64,000 nucleotides of DNA from Adineta vaga (taxonomy: Eukaryota; Animalia; Rotifera). Below, piece after piece: positions 41,812 through 53,700 of the stretch. The position numbers were made by a program, and so were the translations under genes. Positions within the stretch are counted from its first letter, which is position 1; each line of letters starts with the position of its first letter. The stretch covers positions 6,758,001 through 6,822,000 of the forward strand of contig CP075492.1 of the NCBI GenBank assembly GCA_021613535.1. Reading direction: 5' to 3'. The notes under the pieces are model-generated. The model saw only the letters and a list, made by a program, of their open reading frames with translations. It had not been told where the DNA came from and searched no databases.

Positions 41812-43135
41812 CAGAAAGCGTTGAAATATACTTGGAGAATAGTAAGATAATTTATCAGAATAACTTGAATTTATCTAAAATTAAAGAAAAAAAGAAACAG
41901 CTGAGATTGAAGAATTTGAACACATGACTTCTGGATTTCTGGTCATATACGTGAAACAAAATCCTAGTCTAAGTTGAGTGTCAAGCAATACGTCATACTT
42001 AAAGTATTACAATATTAAATTCCTTCATTTTTAAATTAATTTACCTATAGACAGTATGAATCTATCGATGAATATCCTTATAATAATAGGTTATGAATGT
42101 TATGATCTTACTTTGAGGAATTGCATTTTTGATCGAATAACAGAAGTGCACTGTTTTAGCAGTATTTCTGTCACTGGAAACATACGTAAATCAACTGAAA
42201 TGATCTGATTAAAAGAAAGATTTCAAAAACAATCTAAACAAATTAAAAGGTTTTCATTAAAAACTGTGAGAAACTATACATAACTGCAATTAAGTTATAT
42301 TTAAAAAAGCACACTCTTAGTGAAGTCCTTTATATTCGTTTTATATCAGAATATACTAAAAGCCAAGCTATATTGCAAAAACCTCATTTGGATAATAAGC
42401 AAAAAATAGATTGATTTAGTTACATTATGTATGTGTCAAAACTCGTAATATAGGATTGATTGTGTTGTGTTTCTTACTCTGCATAACTGCCATTACTGCA
42501 AAATATAATATTAGTCTCCTTGCAATCAATGGTAAATTGTGCCAATATAGTATAATATATACCCCAGAATAGATGACGCTATTTATCGGTATTTATATTG
42601 TTGGATTAGACCGAATGTATTCTATGCCATGCCAGTGTAACACACGTACAACACAGATAGACTCAACAAAAATGGGAAAAAAGAGCTTTGATACCTCTAA
42701 TTGGCTTTGAAAACTTGTTTTTGACCAAGACTACCGCTCCCTCCGCCAAATCGTCACCGTTATTGATTTTCTGAATCCCTCATGGTTATAAGTTATGTAC
42801 ATATATATATACATGTATATATAGACATCGCTAGCGCGTCCTAAGTAAATAAGTATTAATATGAATAAGAATATAGGGGAAAAGAAGAATAGTTAGTTTT
42901 TCATCACATATATTTGAAAACTATTTTCTATAGTTGATAATAAACTAGTCTCTTACCAGGTTAATTTTACTTTTATTTCAGTCTTACTTACACTAAGCGA
43001 AACGTTTTATCACTTTGTTTACTGAAGTTATTAAAGAAGATTGAACAAGTGGTTTTAAAACCTTCTTTTGAATTTGTTAAAATGATTTAACGATTTTCTT
43101 TAATTTCGTTCGGAACATCTTCTAGGCTGTAACTC

Positions 43136-43236
43136 TCATCGCCAAAAGGTGACATGTCTGAAAACTACGCTGAAACCTACATCACCGAAATCACAGATTG
43201 TCGAAAAGAATATCGCCGAAATAGACTTCGCCGAAC
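43136..43236. repeat. Degenerate short-period array of a (c/a)tcgccgaaa-like motif, about 6 copies; probable transposon subterminal remnant
   Basis: atcgccaaaa, tacgctgaaa, tcaccgaaat, tgtcgaaaag, atcgccgaaa, ttcgccgaac at about 15-27 bp spacing. Confidence 0.5.
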
Positions 43237-43305
43237 TTTCCTTAACTATTGACAATCTAAATCTACATATATCATTTTTAACAACCATTCACTTCGACGA
43301 TCATC

Positions 43306-43370
43306 GTGGGTGTGGGTGAGGGTGTGGGTGTGGGTGATTAGCTAGTCTTCACCCCGCACACACACCCACA
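43306..43370. repeat. Interstitial telomere-type repeats (TGTGGG/TGAGGG x5) followed by a degenerate inverted CCCACA tract
   Basis: GTGGG-TGTGGG-TGAGGG-TGTGGG-TGTGGG-TG (43306-43336), a 13-nt spacer, then CACCCCGCACACACACCCACA (43350-43370). Confidence 0.7.
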
Positions 43371-43428
43371 TCCTCAAGATGGTATTTCCTAAGTTACGTT
43401 CCATGCAGGCAGACAGACAGACATTTTA

Positions 43429-43643
43429 TACTCTGAAAAAAATAAAGAAGCTCTGGAGAATCTGTTAAGGTTCTGAAAAGTACCCAACTGTAGAAAACAC
43501 TCCAAATAGTTTTGAAGATGAAAATATGATTCCGATAATCTTTTACAGAATCTTTAGAGGTCTGTCGTAGACTGTAAGAACCTTGTTTTTATCCCCAGAG
43601 CAATTTGGAGTGGATTCAGCAAAGCTCTTTTACTTTTTTCGTA
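43429..43643. mobile_element. Probable degenerate MITE (about 215 bp)
   Basis: The left end tactctgaaaaaaataaagaagctct resembles the reverse complement of the right end (tacgaaaaaagtaaaagagcttt). TA at both ends; no coding capacity. Confidence 0.35.
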
Positions 43644-44723
43644 CTATTACGAGTCGGCGAGACTATAGACTTTTTACTTTAGAACTATGCAGTTGATGCA
43701 TTTTTTAAAATGGAACATTAGAAAAAGCATATAACTGTTAGACATTGTGAAGATTCTTGACGGAAGAGATGTATGCGCTGATGGAACTACGCGTTTATTT
43801 ATTTCTTCCTCTTAAATCGCATCTTTTACCGACAGAAACACGCATTTATATATGTGCAACCAACAGAAAGAGAACGAAGAGAATAAATGTATAAGAGAGA
43901 GATACAGACGACAGAAAGAGAAGAACCAAGAAAAACGGATAGAACGATACCGTCATAGAAATCGTTACAGACATCAAAACACAACTAATATGATGTCTTT
44001 TTCATTCTGATTATACTTGCCGGTATTTAGGATTGTATAGTAACAAGTACAGCATAAGCAAAATTGGACTCTAAAAAAATAGTTGACTCTTTTTAAAAAA
44101 TTTTCATCGAAATTTTCTAGAAAAATCTCCTGCAAGTTCATGGCGTAAATTTAGTAGGATTCAAGATAAATCCTAGGAATTTCTTCCGAAAAAGTCCACC
44201 AAACGTCCGGATAAAGACTGTCATATTTGGCACGTAAAGACTTCATTTTTTCTCAATATATATGCATAACGATCAAATTCTTTAACTCACCTTTTTGAGT
44301 AATTGATCTGCTAAAGTAAATTCGTTCTCTTAATAATTCAAAAATTGCTCTGTCGTACTTTCCGCAAAGAAAATGATTTGAGCATGTGGAGAATGTACTC
44401 ACTTTGATACTGTTGGTACGAAATCGTCTCGAAGCAGTATTTTCGAATATTTCAAATCTAAAATAATGGCAATAAATATCATTATTTCACGAGTGTCAGG
44501 CCTAAATTTATATCGATTTGCTACCAATCACCGAACTCCTGCAAATTTAAATTGAAAGTCAAAATGTGAAGAATTTCAAGATAGTTTGCTTAAATCTTTA
44601 TTAGAATTATTTCAGTTAGAGAATGAAAATAAACTTGTAAGTTTGTGAAACTTTTTCATTAGAGAAATGAAGAACTTTGTAAAACGACATTGTTCAAAAA
44701 GTGTTTTAATTTTGAGTTTTTCT

Positions 44724-47700
44724 TTACAATTGGTTGAGCAGTTCCGAGACGATGTTTTTTAAACTCGGCGTGACAACTGGATATTCATGCTTGCCGTTAT
44801 GTTCATATCTACGTGGATTCAAAAAATCATTCATGAAGATTGGTACAGCTTGTTTAAACATCTCCATATCGTTTTGACCTGATATATGTAACGAAGGAAC
44901 ATCTAGTGGAGATTCATGATTAAATAATTGTTGCATCTCGAAGTAAGGACTACGCCACGGAGACATAGCGATTAAGAAGCATACATTAACAAGACCGAGA
45001 TCAATACCATCTTGATTACCTTTATTGAATAAAGCTTGAAGATGAAGCGCGACTGAGGCAACTGATGCACCTTCACAAAACCCGGCTAAACCGTCAAATT
45101 GTCCGTATTTCTCCGTAATGTGGCGAATATATTCAAAATTTTGTTTCCAACTTTGTTTTATCTTCTCATTTTCAGTATCTGATATCAATAAAGCTTTATT
45201 ACCATGAAATATTTGAGCAAACCAGTCAAAATCAGCACGCCATTCTCTATAGTTCGAATTCAAATTATATAGACGCTGCTCAACTAATGTGTCTAAGCCG
45301 ATTTCAGAGAGTTGTTGTTTGTTTGTAAAAGCCGGCATCTCATAAGGAGCATCAGGAACGATAAATTCTAAACAATTACTAAACTGTGTAATCCATCCAC
45401 ATCGCTCTAATAAATTGCACGCTATCGCTCCATCGGTACCTTGACCATGTAGAAAGAGAATACGATACTTCGGCTTTGATCGATATATTGAGGTTGACTT
45501 ATTAGCGAAAATACTTCTTTCTTCTAAAAGTTTTACCGGTTCTCTTCGACGTATTTCGTCAATAGTCGGTTTTAAAAGACTATGTAAATTAAGCTTTGAC
45601 GATAATTTGAGCACTTGTTGGTACTTATTCCATTCAACTTCTCTTTCTCGAATGAAAGTATTAAATGGACAGATACGGAGAGTTCGCTCTGAAAGGGTTC
45701 GTTTAGCTGGCGATAAAAAATCCCAAAGCAGTACCATCAATCTACCGTGTGTTTCTGTTTCACTCACTTGGCGCATTTTCACGAGAGCACTGCGTAAATC
45801 ATTAGGTCTTCGTTTAAAATGCAAATAAACTGATGCAAAAGTTTGTGCAAAAAACAAATAGCTTGAGCAGAGTAGAGAGTGAACTGCACGTGAGCGTTGA
45901 ACACCATCGTTATATACAAATATATTTGGATCTTCATTTACCCAAAGACCTTGAATATTACAATCTGATCCAAATATTTCTTTCACCAAGGCATCGTTCG
46001 TATTAAATCCTAAACATTTCAACAAAATATTTGCCCTAATTCGACGACCACCTCTAGTTACGACTTCATCTTGTTCTAAAGATTCGGGTATGTCTTGAAT
46101 TACTTCTAGTCGTCCAGTAGCTTGAGCTAAAAAGTATAGATCAGAAGCAGGAGGTACAGTATCCTGATCAAACATGAAATCACCATTTTCACTAGAAAAA
46201 CATGATAAAGCTTCAATGTCAACTCCAGCTGCTTGATACATTGGTCTCATAACTTCCATGACTGTTTTAATGGACATATTTCCTTCGCATGAATTTAATA
46301 ACCAATTACAAAAAGTAGAAAACACCATATTTCGTTTACGACATAGAATAGTTACATGTTCGGCTCCGTTTTCCAATGCAGTACGCATGTTTTCTACTGC
46401 AAAAGCACCATGTCCCAAAATAACAACTCTTGAATTTTCAAAAGTCGCTGGAGTTATATCATCATTAGTTCCAAAACCAAGCTTACCTTTGAATATATTT
46501 TCACCAGGAATATTTAGTTGACGTGGTTCATGAAGACCGCCTGTAAAGGCCGCTACACCTCCTACACGCATTTGAGAAGGCTTTCCATTTATTGTATAAT
46601 CAATCAGATACTCAGAACTATGTCCCAGGACCGAATGAACCCGATCAACATGAGTGTTCATTAGTATAGACACATTTTCACCAGCAAACGTTGAAACCAT
46701 ATCTTGAGCTCCTTTTAGAACATCATCTCGATTTGGGTACGTAGACGGCCAGGTTTTAAGTTCACGTGAATCAGAACAGCCAAAATCATACGAAGGTGAA
46801 TCTATTTGTAATTTAGAACTTGAATTTGCCCACAGCTTCCATACTCCTCCAATTTCAGACTTTGATTCCATGATAATTACTTTTTCCTTTGCTTGTACGA
46901 GCATCCTTGCAAAACTAAGACCTCCTAATCCGGCTCCAATAATTAGTGTCGGTCTACCTGAGGATGGAAAACTTAATGGAACTACTATTTGTTGTTGAAC
47001 TGCAGGTATTTGCACAATGGATTCAAGATGGTTAGCTAAAGTATGAACAGTAGGAAAATCAAAGAGTATTCCGGTTGATAATGGAATATTAAGTTTCTCT
47101 GAAAGTTGATTTCTAAACTCGACGGCACCTAACGAATCCATTCCAGCTTCTAGTAGTGCTTGATCATCTTGAATTTCTGTACCGATGACATCCTCTGCAA
47201 CTTGACGAATTAAAGAGATAACATTTTTGTTCTTAATTTCCGAACTTTCAAAATTCAACTTTTCGTTCATGGCATTTTTGTTCTGTTGATTAAGTCTTTC
47301 AACTAGAGTTGTTTTTAGATGTGGAATTGCGCGTGACCAGTCAGCAGGCGCTACACAAACTACGCCTAATCTACCTTCTGCAAAGAGTTTATCCAAAACT
47401 GCAGTCCCAAGTTTGTTTGAGATATTACCAAAACCGATACGTTCAGATCGTTTTAAAGCAGTTTTATTGTGTACTGCCATACCACCATCCGACCATGCGG
47501 CCCACTGAATGCTCAAAACTGGTTCTCCTTGATTTTTCCATGTCATAGCCATACCGTCCATAACAGCGTTCGATATAGCATAATTAGCTTGTCCCGCCGA
47601 ACCAAAGACTGATGCAACTGAGGAAAACTGGACGAAAAAGTCCAATGGCAAGAAGACCGAGCGGAGATTTGCAGCTCCTAGGACTTTCGGTTTAAACGAG

Positions 47701-50700
47701 TTTACTAATTTTTCTTGGTCCAAATTACTAATAGTGCTATCGAACAAAACACCTGCAGAATGAATAACTCCTTTAACAGGCGGCCACTGTAGTTCTTTGA
47801 GGTTGAGATGAACCTTCTTTACGCTGTTTAGATCTCCAACATCACATTCAAAACATTCTATAAATACTTTTCCTGATTGTTGTAATAATTCTAACTTTTC
47901 GTTGGCAATGTGATTCGGCTTTTTGCGTGATAAAAGAACTAAATTTGTTGCTCCAGAATCAATTATCCATTTAGCTGCAACTAGACCAAGAGCACCTAAT
48001 CCTCCACTGATTACATATGTTGTGTATGGATGTATTTCGAAAGGTTTCGAATTTATTTCAGAATAGGGCTTCATATGAACTAAACGCGGTACTTGTACCT
48101 CGAAATTACCGGTTAGGCGAAAGTCATAATCTTCTTGCTTTCGAGTACAGCTTATTGTTTCATATACTTTTGCAAAATTCATATTACTTGTTCGGTATAA
48201 AAATTCGAGAGACCAAATTCTCACACTATATATTTCTTGACGAGCAGTGCGAGCCAAAGCCCGAAGCGCTTCTCCTTTTTCATTATCTGATGTGATAAAC
48301 CAAACATGTTTTAGCTTCTGTAGCTGAGAATTTTGTAGGACAGTTAGTGCTATTTGAATTGTTTGTAACGTTTCTTCACCATGACCAAACAATAATATTG
48401 CTTCCCATTCGTCTCTCATCAAAATAGTTTTTACATTGTCTTTATCGCTTAGATCTAACCATGTAATATTTTTGTTTTCGTGTCCGTGATTACCTGAGGT
48501 TTCGTCAGTGTGTATAACGTAAGTTCCATCCGAACTTGTGACTGATAAATAGTGATGCGAAAAAATTAAGTAACGAGGCAGTTTACCAATAATATTTCTC
48601 GCCTCTGTGTAAATCAAAGTTTCCCATTCTATTTCATAAAAATAATTTTCATTAACTGAATCGACGGTCTCTTCATTATATTTTGCGTCTTTCACCTTCC
48701 AAGGCAAATGTTTTTTGTTAAAAAGATTTTGTAAATTTGTTGTTCGATTATTTTGTGTGATGGTTTTATCCTTGATTGTCTTAACTCGAGTATCGTTAGA
48801 TGGATCCCATGTATAAGTGTTTACAGTAACAAATCTTTTAGCCATCGGAATTAATATTTGCTTGGGACCGATTTCAATGTAAGATACTTCCATATCTTTT
48901 GTATAAGATGTAATGGCGTTCATAGCGTCGAAAAAGTTCACTGGTTGAGCGACCTGATTTACCCAATAGTCAGTGTTCATTAATTCTTTTCCTACTAAAA
49001 TCGTACCAGTAACAGTAGATACGAAAGTTATGTCCTTTCTAGGAGAATTAAGAGCAACGTTTTCAAAATTTTTCTGGAATTCCGCTTGCATTGGATGCAT
49101 AAGATGAGAATGAAAGCCATGTTTAACCGGTAAAAATGTATGCGGTAGTTTCAGACGAGCCAAAAGAGACTGTAGTGATTCTTTTTTGCCAGATAAAACT
49201 GTCATTTTCGGTCCATTTAAAGCTGATATACTCACGTCGTCAACTAATTTTAATTCGGATCGTATCGTATCTGCCAGAGCGAAGACAGCCACCATTGAAC
49301 CTTTTTGACAACGCTCATCCATCAATCGTCCACGAGCAGTTACTAGAGAAAGAGCGTCTTTTAATTTCATAACTCCACTAACGACGGCAGCAGTATATTC
49401 TCCTATAGAATGGCCTAATACAATCTTCGGCGTGACTCCTCTATTTTTCCACATTTCAGACATCGCGTATTCGAACGATAAGATCGCGGCTTGAGAATAA
49501 CGAGTTTCGTTTAATCGTGATTCCATATCAGGATTAAACATAAGGGTTAAAAGTGGTACATCGATAAGATTATTTAAATGCTCCGCACAAATATCTAGTG
49601 CCATGCGAAATGCTTCTTCGGATTGGTAAAGTTCTTGACCCATTCCAGAAAATTGTGAACCTTGACCCGTGAAAAGCCATACGAAATTCCGATCAACTTC
49701 TAATTCAACAGCCGAATCACGTAGTACTCGAGCTGCAGGCCAGGACTCTAAAACAACATGTGCATTTGTGCCTCCGAAACCAAAAGAAGAAACTCCAGCT
49801 ATCCATCTTCTCTCTGAGTGGACTTGATTTTTCTCATGTGTGTCGAGTTTGATACAATTTTGTGGAAAGATAGCTTTGAATCCAGTTAAATCAATATTTG
49901 CATTTAATTTCTTGAAATGTAAGTTGCTAGGTACTTCTTCGTGTTGGAGTACAAGTACTGTTTTGATTAGTCCAATAATACCCGCTGCACCTTCTAGATG
50001 TCCTATATTTGTCTTCACAGCACCTAGAATGACAGATTTAATTCGACCACCATCATTAAGCACGTTTTTCAAAGCTTCCACTTCTATTGGATCTCCAAGT
50101 TGAGTTCCTGTCCCGTGACATTCTACGTAATCTACGTCCTTTCCTTTTAGATTAGCTTGTTCTAGAGCATTTCGAATAACAGCTTCTTGTGAGGGTCCGT
50201 TAGGAGCTGTTAGCGAAGAACTTTTTCCGACATGATTCACTGCTGATCCTTTGATAACGGCTAGAACGTTATCACCATCTGCTATAGCTTTTCTAAAACT
50301 TTTTAAAACTACGCAACCAATTCCTTCACCACGACAGTAGCCATCTGCAGTTTCATCAAAGGTTGCACAACGACCAGCTGGTGAGAGCATGTTCGCTGCG
50401 CTTGATCCGACAAAATTCATCGACTGAAGCATAACATTAACTCCACCTACTAATGCTAAGGAGCATCGGTTAGCTCGAATTTTTTCAATAGCATAATCAA
50501 GAGCGACTAATGATGAGGAACACGCAGAATCGATCGTAAAACTAGGACCAGTTAATCCAAAAGTGTAAGAAAACCGATTCGCTGTTATCGAAGGAGCCAT
50601 ACCAGTACCACCATATGAAGGAGGGGTGCCTGCATTCATCATCATCCAATCATAATTCATCTGGCCCACAAAAACTCCTGCGTCAAGTCCCTTTAACTTT

Positions 50701-53700
50701 GATATATCATATCCAGCTCTAACGAACGCTTCATAACCAACTTCCAATATTAGCCGCTGTTGTGGGTCCATTTGTCGAGCTTCTGAATTTGAAATATTGA
50801 AACATGCTGCATCGAACCATTCCAAATCAGACATAAACGCACCATGTTTAGTGTAACTTTTACCAGTAGTGACACCACGGATCGGAGAATAGACATCTTC
50901 TATGTCGAATCTAGTTTTTGGAATTTCAGTTACACAGTCACACTCTTGAATGAGCATTGACCAAAACTCCTCTGGCGAAGCGACTCCACCCGGAAGACGA
51001 CATGCCATACCTATCACAGCGATTGAATCTGTGACTGATTCGATTTGCCTCTCTTTTTTTATTGTAGAAGAAACTTTCGAGTCTTTCGTGGAAAGAGCTG
51101 ATGCCATTTCGGCCAAAGTTGGGTAGTTATAAACAAAAATACTTGAAAGCTGAATATCCAATATAGCTGAAAGACGATTCCGAAACTCGACGGCGCCCAA
51201 AGAGTCCAAACCAGAAGTTACTAATGATGAATTTTCGTCTATTTTAGATCCAAGTACTTCCATCGACACTTGAGTTAAAATGTTCATAATGTCTACATTG
51301 TCTATAGTGACCTTTTTAACTGTATTTGCTATTTTTGTCCTAGAAATAGCCAAATGAGACCGATAATATTCTAAAAACGGGTTGTAATAATTATCGATTC
51401 GGGTCCAATCGATGGGAGCAGCACAAACCACTCCTACTTTTCCTGTACTAAATAAATATTCTAAAATTTCGATTCCGAGATGATTTGAAATTCCACCAAA
51501 ACCTTGCATTTCGATTCGTCGAAGAGTTCCTCGATTGGCCGCCATGCCTGCTTCTGACCATGCACCCCATTGGATACTCAAGATACTCTCTCCACTTCTG
51601 TTCCATGACTTAGCGATCGCATCCATTGTAGCATTTGCAGCTGAATAGTTAGCTTGTCCAGGTGAACCGAATACAGCTGCTGCTGAAGAGAATAATACCA
51701 TAAAATTGAACGAAGAAAACACATTATGTAAGTTAATTGCCCCGTATACTTTTGCACTGTACGACTTTCGAAGTGCTTCTGAGTCGAGTGTACGGATAGT
51801 TCCATCTGCTAGTACACCCGCTGTATGAAATATTCCCGTAACTGGTGGCCATTTCAATGATTCTTCCAAAACTTTACGAACTGACGTAACAGATTCTTTT
51901 TCCGATACATCACACTGGACCCATTCAATCACTGCAGTTTCTTTTTCTTTTAGTGAATTTAGTTCTATGGACATTTCTGTTTTCCTAGTCCTTGATAAAA
52001 GTAAGATATGAGTAGCACCTGAATCGATGAGCCATTTTGCAATAACAAGACCTAAAGCACCTAAGCCACCACTGATTACATGAGTCTCTCCAGGATTAAT
52101 TTTTAGTTGTTGTGATGTTTTCATTTCTGGAGATAAATTGTTTAATTTAACTAAACGAAGGACTTTAAGAAGGCCATTGTAACTAAGTTGAAATTCGTTT
52201 TCGTCTTCAAAGGATTCAACAACATTACAAATATTTGAAATTTGTCCACTTGAATTAATATCTTGTTCTATTTCAATACATTTCAATTTCAATTCTGACA
52301 TTTCGATTCGTGCTGTGCGAGCTAACGCCCATAAGCCTGCTACTGAACTACCCAAGAGATCATCATTTGTAGTCGAATGAATGAGTGATTTTGTAATAAA
52401 CCATAGATCTGTTTGGTTCCATTGGCCTGAAATTATACGATTTTGTATTTCTTTTAAAAGAAGTAGTCCAAATTCAAGTGCCAGAAATGAATCTTCGCCG
52501 TTCGCTATGAATATTATTGAGTCCCATTTTTCTTGATTTAAGATATTTCCAATTTCAATTCTTAGATCAACAACACGATAGTTCTTTTCTACTGGCGAAA
52601 TAGTAGAATTTTGATTATGAATGACATTTAACCAATTTTTGTGATCGAAGCTTATAGGTGCAAAAGATATTAATACACAGCGAGATAATTCACTACGTTT
52701 TGTAACGACTAGATCGGATCGCAAAGAAACTGTTGACCATTCGGTTTGATACAAACATTCAATAGGTGATATTTCCAAGCTTGATAATCTTCTACTAGTA
52801 AGGTTTTCAACGAATCCTGTAATTTTTCCTGATGAATTCATTAGAATTACATCAGCAGTGAGGCTAGATGATGTCATTTGCTTCAACTGAACATAAACCC
52901 ATTGATCTTCTTGTTCATTCTGAGTAGAAAAAACTGCTCTTTGAACATGAAACGGAACAAAAACTCCGCTTGAACTTAATGCAGACATACCCATCAATTG
53001 AAAAGCTCCATCTAATATAGCTGGATGTAAAAGACTAAGTGAACGTTCCCAAGGAGCTAAGACACGTCGAGCAATACCAACACGAGCTAAAGCTTCGTCT
53101 TTTCCTCGCCATGCCTCGATCACAGTTCGAAATGTGTCTCCGAATTTAACACCAAGTGACTCAAATGTTTTGTATATCGAATCAACATCCATCGATACAG
53201 AGCATTGGCTTTTGAGTACATCTAACTGAAGTGGATTGGGAAGACTTGTCTGTGCTACTAGAGATATTTGAGTAACAATAACATTAGTTTCTTTGGCGCC
53301 ATCTGAATCTTCAGTTTGGATTTCGCCTTTGCCGTTTTCTTCTAACACACATCGAATCTTCATATTTTCTTTGACTAACAGCCGTTTTTGAATGATAACG
53401 TCATCAAGTTGTACTACTTTTGAAACTTTCGAAGTCGCAATACTCTCGCGGTTTTCTTTTTCCAATTTAGCTCCAGCTAACATAGTAAGATGGCTTGCTG
53501 CTGGTATCCATATTTCATTGTTGATGACATGATCATCCCATAGATGGCTTCTTTCACCCGACAATCGACTGATAAAGCATGTTTTTTTATCGTTTGTTTC
53601 TTCCTTTCGATAAATCAGTGGATGAGTCAAACGACGCCATGGTAAAAATTTTGGATTGAACAAAATAAGATTTTTTGATTGAGCAGTTTCAAGATGTTCT

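Noticed and set aside
41900-41955. tRNA-like 3' half on the minus strand (..ccagaagtcatgtgttcaaattc..)
   Set aside because: Only a B-box-like patch; no acceptor or D stem can be folded. At most a decayed SINE or tRNA relic.
43136-43236. Short periodic repeats as a CRISPR-like array
   Set aside because: Repeats are about 10 bp, degenerate and irregularly spaced, with no cas genes and a eukaryotic context.
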